A stretch of DNA of 64,000 nucleotides, taken from positions 3,925-67,924 of the forward strand of contig JADFIA010000009.1 of assembly GCA_022566895.1 (NCBI GenBank), written 5' to 3'. Below the pieces are notes generated by a model that saw only the letters and a program-made list of their open reading frames with translations, was not told where the DNA came from and searched no databases. The position numbers and the translations under genes were made by a program. This document shows, in pieces, positions 56,997 to 64,000 of the stretch. Source of the stretch: Pseudomonadota bacterium. Lineage in GTDB: Bacteria; Pseudomonadota; Alphaproteobacteria; Sphingomonadales; SMXR01. Each line of letters starts with the position of its first letter. Within the stretch, counting starts at the first letter, position 1.

Positions 56997-57767
56997 TCAA
57001 GCGGCCCCGGTATTGTCGTTCGCCAGCGGCTCCAGCGGCGCCCAGCCTTTGGCGCCCAGTGCTTCAAGCGGCTGAAAGCGCCGCTTGTAGTCCATCTTGG
57101 GGCTGCCGGCGACCCAGTAGCCCAAATAGACGTAGGGCAGGCCGGCCTTCTGGGCCCTGATGATATGATCGAGAATGATAAAGGTGCCGAGGCTGCGGCG
57201 CCGCTCGGCCGGGTCAAAAAAACTGTAAACCATCGACAAGCCGTCGGACATGGCATCGGTAATCGCCACCCCCAGAAGCCGGCCCAGTGCACGGGTGCCA
57301 GCCGCTTCCTGTTTCAGCCGATATTCGACCAGTGAAGTCGAAACCGGGCTGCTTTCGACCATTTCGGAGTATTCAAAGGCACCCATCTTGGCCATGCCGC
57401 CGTCGGCGTGGCGGGTCTTTAGATACTCTTGCAGCACCTCGTATTGCTCGTCGGTGGCAATCGCATCCGTGGCCGAGGTCTCCAGATCGGTGTTCGCCTT
57501 CATGATCCGTTTCATATTGCGGCTGGGGCGGAAGGCTACGGTGGCCACCCTGACTGAAATACAGGCCTTGCACCCCTCGCAGGCCGGCCGGTAGGCCACC
57601 GACTGCGAGCGCCTGAAGCCGACTTTTGCCAAGGCCTCGTTCAAAACCGCGGCGTCGCGGCCGCTGAGTTCGGTAAAGATCTTCCGTTCCTGGCGGTTTT
57701 CGAGATAGGGACAGGGCGACGGCGCGGTAATAAAAAAGCGCGGAAATTGAAACGATTGGTCGCTCAC
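56997..57767 (-). CDS. Arginyl-tRNA-protein transferase-like (Ate/Bpt Asp/Glu leucyltransferase)
   Basis: PCPYL..ERKIFT, GFRRSQ..YRPACEGCKAC, SMVYSFFDP, YVYLGYWV..KMDYK. Confidence 0.93.
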   Translation of the reverse strand: MSDQSFQFPRFFITAPSPCPYLENRQERKIFTELSGRDAAVLNEALAKVGFRRSQSVAYRPACEGCKACISVRVATVAFRPSRNMKRIMKANTDLETSATDAIATDEQYEVLQEYLKTRHADGGMAKMGAFEYSEMVESSPVSTSLVEYRLKQEAAGTRALGRLLGVAITDAMSDGLSMVYSFFDPAERRRSLGTFIILDHIIRAQKAGLPYVYLGYWVAGSPKMDYKRRFQPLEALGAKGWAPLEPLANDNTGAA

Positions 57768-57780
57768 CAGCTTCTTGCTC

Positions 57781-59637
57781 CTATAGCAGGCCGTAATACC
57801 AGGGCGCGAACAGCGAAAACACGATCCACATAATAAGCGTCAACGGTACACCGACAATCAAAAAATCCCTAAATCGATAATGGCCGGGTCCCATGACCAG
57901 AAGGTTTGTCTGGTAGCCCATCGGCGTGGCGAACGAGGCATTGGCGGCAAAAATGACCGCCACCACGAAGGCCAGAGTGGCTTGGGGATCGAGCGACAGG
58001 CCTTCGGCCACCGAGACCGCGATCGGCGTGAACAGCACAGCTGTGGCATTATTCGAGAGAATATTAGTCAGGGCCGCGATCAACAGGAAGAATGCCGACA
58101 ATATGATCGCCGGCGAGGCGCCCTCCAGGACGTACAAAAGCCGCTCGGCCAGGAAATGGGCGCCACCGGTGGCGCTCAAGGCGGTGCCCATGGCCAGGGC
58201 GGCGCCAATCAAGAGAAAAATACGCCGATCGACGGCCCGCGCCGCCTGCCGGGTATTGAGGCACCCGCCGATGACCATCAGGGCGGTCCCGGACAGGGCG
58301 GCTACCGGGATCGGGATCAGGCCGGTCGAGGCGCTGGCGACCACCGCCGTAAAGATGCTCAGCGCCAGGACAGCGTTTCGCCGCGACGGAAAATCGACCG
58401 CCGACCATTCGAGCAACAAGACATCGCGGTTCGAGCGCAGGGCCAGGATGTCCTCGCGCGGCCCGGCCACCAGGAGCACATCGCCGGCCTCGAGCCGGAT
58501 CGAATCGATGGCCGCGCGGATCATCCGCGAGCGCCGCTCGACCCCGAGCACGATACAGTTGGTCTCGTAAGAGAAATTGACCTGCAACAGGGTTCGCCCG
58601 TCGATCCGTGAAGCCGGGGCGACAACCACCTCGGCCAACATCTGCTGGTCTTGCAGGGATCCGCTTTGACCGCCGACCAGGCCCAATCCGGACTGCCGCT
58701 CGAACAGCTCCGGCGAGCGTTTGAGCAACTGCGTAAGAGCGACACGGGTGGCCGCCACGACCACGATATCTCCCGGTTCGAGCTCCACATCCTCGAACGG
58801 CGGCAGCAGGCTCTCATGGCCGCGTTCGATCATGCGCACCGTAAGATCCTTGAGCGCCGGGAACATGCCGGCCTTGGAGCGCAGACCTTCGAGCCGGCTG
58901 CCGGATTTAACCTCGATCTGAAAAATGAACTGGGTGCCGGCCGGCTGGTCGGCCGCCGGCCCGCCGGGGTCCAAAAATCGCTTCATAAGCGGCGGTGCGA
59001 TCAAAATCAGGTAGAGAAAGCCGGCCGTAGCCAAGACCGCGCCGGGCACCGTAATCGCATAAAAACCAAGTCCGCTGCCGGTGATCGACTCCAAAGTCCC
59101 GGAAACCAGAAGATTGGTGCTCGAGCCGATGATCGTCAGGTTGCCGCCGAGGATGGCGGCAAAGCTCAAAGGGATAAGAATCAGGCTGGCCGGGCGGCCG
59201 ATCTTCTGGGACAGGGCCGACAGGATCGGAATGAAAATCACCACCACCGGGGTATTGTTCAAGATGGCGCTGATCAGCAGCACGAACAGCAGGGTGCCCA
59301 AGGTGACAAGCCGCGGCCGCCGGCCGCCATACTTAAGCAGCAGATTGGCAATTTCATCGAGCGCCCCGGTCTGCACCAGTCCCTGCCCGATGACCAGAAG
59401 CGCCAGCACGGTAATCAGCGCCGGGTCGGCAAAACCGGCCAGAAGGTCCCGGGTCGACAGCGGCTGACCGGTAAACAGATGCTCGATCGGCAGAAAATGG
59501 AACAGCAGAAGAAGCGCCGCCACGACGCCGAGCGAGGTGATCTCAAGGGCCAGTTTATCGCTGGCATAGAGCACGATCGCCGCCAGGATGATCCCGAAGG
59601 TTGCCCACATCTGAAGCGATGGGTCTATGGCGTCCAT
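57781..59637 (-). CDS. SLC13/DASS-like permease with TrkA-C domains
   Basis: SAILNNTPVV, GSSTNLLV, two soluble TrkA-C-like regions, ATPMGYQTN. Confidence 0.92.
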   Translation of the reverse strand: MDAIDPSLQMWATFGIILAAIVLYASDKLALEITSLGVVAALLLLFHFLPIEHLFTGQPLSTRDLLAGFADPALITVLALLVIGQGLVQTGALDEIANLLLKYGGRRPRLVTLGTLLFVLLISAILNNTPVVVIFIPILSALSQKIGRPASLILIPLSFAAILGGNLTIIGSSTNLLVSGTLESITGSGLGFYAITVPGAVLATAGFLYLILIAPPLMKRFLDPGGPAADQPAGTQFIFQIEVKSGSRLEGLRSKAGMFPALKDLTVRMIERGHESLLPPFEDVELEPGDIVVVAATRVALTQLLKRSPELFERQSGLGLVGGQSGSLQDQQMLAEVVVAPASRIDGRTLLQVNFSYETNCIVLGVERRSRMIRAAIDSIRLEAGDVLLVAGPREDILALRSNRDVLLLEWSAVDFPSRRNAVLALSIFTAVVASASTGLIPIPVAALSGTALMVIGGCLNTRQAARAVDRRIFLLIGAALAMGTALSATGGAHFLAERLLYVLEGASPAIILSAFFLLIAALTNILSNNATAVLFTPIAVSVAEGLSLDPQATLAFVVAVIFAANASFATPMGYQTNLLVMGPGHYRFRDFLIVGVPLTLIMWIVFSLFAPWYYGLL

Positions 59638-59730
59638 CGGTGTCCGATCTCCCGATCCCTGGTTTCCACGGTTTCCGTGGCTTCAGAAAAGCGTACGTGA
59701 TAGCGCCTGTAAAGGCAATTTGGCGGTTAT

Positions 59731-60120
59731 CTAGCGGCCGGCGGCGGGTTTGAGCACCAGCCGTGCTTGCGTATTGGCGCGCACCTCGTCGATTTTCGTC
59801 GCCATGCGGATGTATCGTCCGGCGGCCCACAGATCGGTCAACTGGTCGTAATAGGGCGACAGCGGATTCCCCGATTGACCGGTCGGGATCACGAAACGGG
59901 AATTGTCGAGATCGGAGAGGTCGTAGATGGCCCGGAAGCTGGGGCCGTTTCGGGTCTCGAAGGGTTGCGGCTGGTTTGTGCGGACGTTTGAGACATTGAT
60001 CGTGTAGGGGCCGCCGTCGACCATCGGTAAGGCGCTCTGAAGATAGAAATAGCCGCCCCCCAGAAGCGCCAAAAAAAGCGGCGACAACAGGCTGCCGAGG
60101 CGTATCAGTATTTTGCGCAC
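59731..60120 (-). pseudogene. Penicillin acylase (S45) family gene reduced by a large in-frame internal deletion
   Basis: N-terminal anchor ..GGGYFYLQSALPMVDG is joined directly to C-terminal motifs GPSFRAIYDLSD..PTGQSGNPLSPYYD..LW. Only 129 aa. GGAGGAG RBS before GTG 60120. Confidence 0.8.
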
Positions 60121-60236
60121 CGCCACTCCTCCGCACCTGCCGCCGATCAAAAAAGCCGATGGACTTTGCTCGCTCAAGCCGTCAATCATGACGCTTTCTG
60201 GTCAGAATAATGATTTTGCGGGAAAGGGAAAGAGAC

Positions 60237-61121
60237 ATGGCGAGGGTCTCCTTTATTGGACTTGGCGTAATGGGTTATCCGATGGCCGGCCATCTGGCGG
60301 CGGCCGGACACCGGCTCACGGTCTATAACCGGACGGCCGGGAAAGCGGCGCGCTGGCTCGAGGAATACGGCGCCGCCGGGCCCGGCGGCCACGCTCGGGC
60401 AGACACCCCGGCCAAGGCTGCCGAGGCGGCGGATATGGTCTTTGCCTGCGTCGGTAACGATCAGGACCTCGAAGCCATTACTCTGGGTCCGCAAGGGGCC
60501 TTTGCCGGCCTGGGGCAAGGGACGGTGTTCATCGACAATACCACCGTCTCGGCCGAGGTGACCCGCCGTCTGGCCGCCACAGCGGCCGAGAGGGGCATCG
60601 GTTATCTCGATGCCCCGGTCTCGGGCGGCCAGGCGGGAGCCCACAGCGGCCAGCTGACCGTGATGGTCGGCGGCGCGCCCGACGATTTTGCCAGGGCCGA
60701 GCCGCTGATCGGGGCTTACGCCAAGAAAGTCGCCCTGATGGGTCCGGTGGGGGCCGGCCAGACGACCAAGATGGTCAACCAGATCTGCATCGCCGGGGTG
60801 GTCCAGGGTCTGGCCGAGGCCATCCATTTCGCGCTCGAAGCCGGGCTCGATGCGGACCAGGTCGTGGAAGTGCTGGCCAAGGGCGCCGCCCAGTCCTGGC
60901 AGATGGAAAATCGTTGGCAGACCATGGCCCGCGGCGAATTCGATTTCGGTTTTGCGGTCGACTGGATGCGCAAGGATCTCGACATCGTCGAGGCCGAGGC
61001 GCAGGGGCTGGGGCTGGAATTGCCGCTGACCAAGCTGGTCAACGGCTTTTATCAGGAATTGCAGGACCTCGGGGCCGGGCGCCAGGACACTTCGAGCCTG
61101 ATCCGACGCTTCCGGGGCTAA
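60237..61121 (+). CDS. 3-hydroxyisobutyrate dehydrogenase-family NAD(P)-dependent oxidoreductase
   Basis: FIGLGVMGYPMAGHL, DAPVSGG, KMVNQI, WMRKDL. Confidence 0.93.
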   Translation: MARVSFIGLGVMGYPMAGHLAAAGHRLTVYNRTAGKAARWLEEYGAAGPGGHARADTPAKAAEAADMVFACVGNDQDLEAITLGPQGAFAGLGQGTVFIDNTTVSAEVTRRLAATAAERGIGYLDAPVSGGQAGAHSGQLTVMVGGAPDDFARAEPLIGAYAKKVALMGPVGAGQTTKMVNQICIAGVVQGLAEAIHFALEAGLDADQVVEVLAKGAAQSWQMENRWQTMARGEFDFGFAVDWMRKDLDIVEAEAQGLGLELPLTKLVNGFYQELQDLGAGRQDTSSLIRRFRG

Positions 61122-61127
61122 TAACAT

Positions 61128-61155
61128 TTGACAAACCGGGCGCGATCCCTATATT
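61128..61155 (+). promoter_or_regulatory. Putative sigma70 promoter of rpsD
   Basis: TTGACA-N16-TATATT. Confidence 0.6.
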
Positions 61156-61282
61156 TCGCGCCACATATTGGCTTTAAGCCAAGCATAGCAATCGAATGGC
61201 CGGCGGCGAGTACGCGTCGGCCGCGCCGGAAAAGGGGTCTGTCAGCCCCGGGCCGGTGGCGCTTGAAAGGGAGCGATTCAAA

Positions 61283-61894
61283 ATGACAAAACGCATTTCA
61301 TCCAAGCACAAGATCGATCGCCGCATGGGCGAGAACATCTGGGGCCGTCCCAAGAGCCCGGTCAACCGGCGCGATTACGGCCCCGGCGAGCACGGTCAGC
61401 GCCGCCGCTCGAAGGTTTCGGACTTCGGCCTGCAATTGAAGGCCAAACAGAAACTTAAGGGCTATTACGGCAATATCCTCGAGAAGCAGTTCCGCAATCT
61501 TTACAAGGAAGCGGTGCGGCGCAAGGGCGATACCGGTGAAAACCTGATCGGCCTGCTCGAATCCCGCCTCGACGCGGTGGTCTATCGGGCCAAGTTCGTG
61601 CCCACCGTTTTCGCCGCCCGCCAGCTGGTGAACCACGGCCACGTCATGCTCAACGGCCGGCGCTGCAACATTCCTTCGGCCCGCCTGAAGGCCGGCGATG
61701 TGCTGGAATTGCGCGACAAAGCGCTTGGCATCCCGATGGTCATCGAAGCGATCGGCAGCCCGGAGCGGGATGTGCCGGAATATATTCACCGCGACGGCGC
61801 CAAGGCGACCTACGTGCGGGTACCACGCCTCGACGAAGTCCCCTATCCGGTGCGCATGGAACCGAATATGGTGGTCGAGTTTTATTCGCGCTAA
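61283..61894 (+). CDS. rpsD: 30S ribosomal protein S4
   Basis: [49 protein letters not shown]. Confidence 0.98.
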   Translation: MTKRISSKHKIDRRMGENIWGRPKSPVNRRDYGPGEHGQRRRSKVSDFGLQLKAKQKLKGYYGNILEKQFRNLYKEAVRRKGDTGENLIGLLESRLDAVVYRAKFVPTVFAARQLVNHGHVMLNGRRCNIPSARLKAGDVLELRDKALGIPMVIEAIGSPERDVPEYIHRDGAKATYVRVPRLDEVPYPVRMEPNMVVEFYSR

Positions 61895-61916
61895 GGGCTC
61901 GAAACCCGAACCCATG

Positions 61917-61944
61917 GAGCCGCGGGTGGCCTCGCGGCTCTTTT
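61917..61944 (+). terminator. Intrinsic terminator after rpsD
   Basis: GAGCCGCG-loop-CGCGGCTC-TTTT. Confidence 0.8.
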
Positions 61945-62031
61945 GATTCTGCAGGTTCCCTTTTGGGCCCGGCTGGGCTATCTCAAAACCCTGTGCCGCC
62001 AACAATATATGGACCGGACGGATGGGTAGCC

Positions 62032-62532
62032 ATGGCCATGGATGACGCGCCGCCAGAAATCTCTATCCGCGACGGCAGGGATGCCGACTCGCCGGGACTG
62101 ATCGCGCTGGTCGGCGCCTGTTTCGAGGAATACCAGGGCTGCGTGTTGGATCTCGACGGCATCGACGCCGATCTGATCGATCCGGCCACCACCTTCGCGG
62201 GGCAGGGCGGCCGCTTGTGGGTGGCCGAGGCGGGCGGCCACATCGTCGGCTCGATCGGCTATGCGCTTAAAGACCAGGGGGCGACCGTGGAGCTTAAGAA
62301 ACTCTACGTGAACCGCGCCTTCCGGCGCCGCGGCCTGGCCAGCCGGCTGTATGAGCTGGTGCACGCCGCCGCCGTGGAGCACCAGGCGGCAACGATCGAT
62401 CTGTGGAGCGATACGCGCTTTCTCGAGGCCCACGCCTTTTATCTCTCGAAAGGCTTCAAGCAGCTGGCCGAGAGCCGTTTTTTGAACGATCCCTCGAAGA
62501 CCACCGAATATCACTTCGCGCGGCGCCTGTGA
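62032..62532 (+). CDS. GNAT-family N-acetyltransferase
   Basis: ELKKLYVNRAFRRRGLA, LWSDTRF..AHAFY..GF. Confidence 0.9.
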   Translation: MAMDDAPPEISIRDGRDADSPGLIALVGACFEEYQGCVLDLDGIDADLIDPATTFAGQGGRLWVAEAGGHIVGSIGYALKDQGATVELKKLYVNRAFRRRGLASRLYELVHAAAVEHQAATIDLWSDTRFLEAHAFYLSKGFKQLAESRFLNDPSKTTEYHFARRL

Positions 62533-62569
62533 TGGTCCGGCAAGAGCCTTCGAGGGACAGGAGGGCAGA

Positions 62570-63220
62570 GTGGAAAGCTGGCTCGCGGTCGTCTTAAAGG
62601 GCATCGGTCTGGGGCTCGCGGTCGCCGCGCCGATCGGCCCGATCAACGTGTTGTGCATCCAGCGAACGCTGACCATCGGCTTCGCGGCCGGTCTGGCGAC
62701 GGCGCTCGGCGCCGCGGCGGCAGATGCCAGCTACGCCGCCGTGGCCGCCTTCGGGCTGAGCGCGGTCTCGGGACTTTTGTTGGACAATCAAGATCTCTTA
62801 AGATTGGCCGGGGGTCTGATGCTTTTATGGCTCGGCGCCAGGGCGTTCCTCAAAGGCCCGGCCGCGGCGGCGGCCAATCCGTCAGGGGGCGGGGCGCGGC
62901 TGGCCGAGGTTGTCTCGAGCTATGGCCTGACCATCGCCAATCCGCTGACCATACTTACATTCGTTGCTATCTTGGGCGGCGTCGGGCTCCAAAATCTCGC
63001 CGAAAGCGCCCTGTCGGCCGCCCTGGCGCTGGTTCTCGGGGTCTTTCTCGGGACCATGATGTGGATGATTTTTATCGCCACGCTGGCGAACCTGGCCCGC
63101 CGCCGGGCCGGCGTTCGCTTTTTATTATGGGCCAACCGCCTGGGCGGCACCGTCATCCTCGGCTTCGCCGCCTGGCGGTCATCGTCGTTGGCACGTATTT
63201 CGGAGTGTGCCTGGTCGTAG
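62570..63220 (+). CDS. LysE-family translocator; C-terminal residues probably replaced at a deletion junction
   Basis: GLAVAAPIGPINVLCIQRTL, GAAAADA, LTIANPLTI. The last ~15 codons overlap the remnant N-terminus of the next gene. Confidence 0.85.
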   Translation: MESWLAVVLKGIGLGLAVAAPIGPINVLCIQRTLTIGFAAGLATALGAAAADASYAAVAAFGLSAVSGLLLDNQDLLRLAGGLMLLWLGARAFLKGPAAAAANPSGGGARLAEVVSSYGLTIANPLTILTFVAILGGVGLQNLAESALSAALALVLGVFLGTMMWMIFIATLANLARRRAGVRFLLWANRLGGTVILGFAAWRSSSLARISECAWS

Positions 63221-63774
63221 GGCTGCTGCAGTCGAGGCTGATCTAATTTCCGATGCAAGGCTACAGCGCGACGCCCGCGGACCTCGGCCTTACGTTTGAC
63301 GATCTTTCGCTCGAAACGACGGATGGGCTTTCCATCGCCGCTTGGTACGTGCCCAACACAAAACCGCAAGGGAACGTGTTTTTTTGCCACAGCAACGCGG
63401 GAAACATCGCCGACCGCCTCGTTACGATCAAAGCGCTACACCTTCGAGGGCACCACGTGCTGATCTTTGACTATCGCGGCTACGGCCGTAGCGAAGGCAA
63501 ACCCGATGAAGCGGGCAACTATGAGGACGCCGAAACCGCCTGGCGGTATCTGGTTGAGACGCGCGGTGAGCGGCCGGACCGCATCGTGCTTATCGGGCGA
63601 TCGCTCGGCGGCGCAGTGGCGATCGAGCTGGCCACACGACACGCCCCGACACCGTCCTACATCCTTTTCTTACACGCTCTTGGAGGTGAAACGCGGTATC
63701 AGGCTTTCTTCTTGCCGACGAAGATCTTGTTGACGATCTTCCACTCGCCGCCGATCTTGAAGAGCGAAAGATAG
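63169..63774 (+). pseudogene. Alpha/beta hydrolase remnant with in-frame stop and truncated C-terminus
   Basis: RLAVIVVGTYFGVCLVVGLLQSRLI*FP (TAA at 63244, where QxRLIYFP is expected), then HSNAGN, FDYRGYGRSEG and GRSLGGAVA. Similarity is lost after about ATRHAP. Confidence 0.75.
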
Positions 63775-63995
63775 TCGATGTATTCCATGTCGCGGTAGAA
63801 GAACTCGTATTTCACGACGGCCATCTTGCCGTCGACGATGTCCAGCGACAGCACTTTGCTCGACGAGTTCGTCTCCGGCTTGCGGGTCCAGCGGTCAAAC
63901 GCCTGGGCGATCAGCACGACGCGCACCGACTCCTTCCCGCCGTCTTCGATGGTGACTCCCTGCCCCTCGACCTCGGCCGCACCCGACGACTGTTC
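63699..63995 (-). pseudogene. C-terminal part of an NTF2-like/lumazine-binding-type protein
   Basis: AVVKYE..YIDYLSLFKIGGEWKIVNKIF. An in-frame TGA at 63996-63998 upstream leaves no room for the usual N-terminal half. Confidence 0.6.
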
Positions 63996-64000
63996 TCACT

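Noticed and set aside
56906-57292. N-terminal extension of the TRAP binding protein
   Set aside because: Overlaps the Ate/Bpt-like gene; the Tat signal and RBS point to a start at 56905.
61196-61270. Structured S4 autoregulatory leader RNA
   Set aside because: GC-rich hairpins are possible, but no known motif or covariation can be shown from one sequence.
61283-61894. rpsD outside the alpha ribosomal operon as a novelty
   Set aside because: This is the normal arrangement in alphaproteobacteria.

Overview
High-GC chromosomal window, most likely from an alphaproteobacterium (inferred from the dapA-smpB and folK-rpoZ-spoT-pyrE-pdxJ-acpS-lepB-rnc-era-recO-parC gene order, stand-alone rpsD and an Ate/Bpt-family gene). 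The most striking part is a co-directional operon of about 13.8 kb at 1-13761, which begins upstream of the window. It encodes two membrane Ser/Thr kinases with periplasmic peptidoglycan-binding and beta-helix ectodomains; four signal peptide-trypsin-coiled coil-TM-FHA proteins, one lacking the catalytic Ser; and two TM-coiled coil-vWA proteins with an ExbD/MotB-like Asp at the start of the anchor. The predicted topologies suggest a trans-envelope circuit in which phosphorylation controls periplasmic proteolysis; I know of no characterised system that matches it. The rest holds a riboswitch-controlled B12 uptake operon, many exported peptidases, a FecA-like receptor with two Fur-like boxes, a TRAP transporter and housekeeping genes. 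There are also two short tandem-repeat arrays and several genes broken by internal deletions, frameshifts or stops (mobA, a penicillin acylase, a PG-binding protein and a LysE/hydrolase/NTF2 mosaic). I recognised no tRNA, rRNA, CRISPR array, integrase or transposase. All family calls come from motif recognition by eye; no searches were run.
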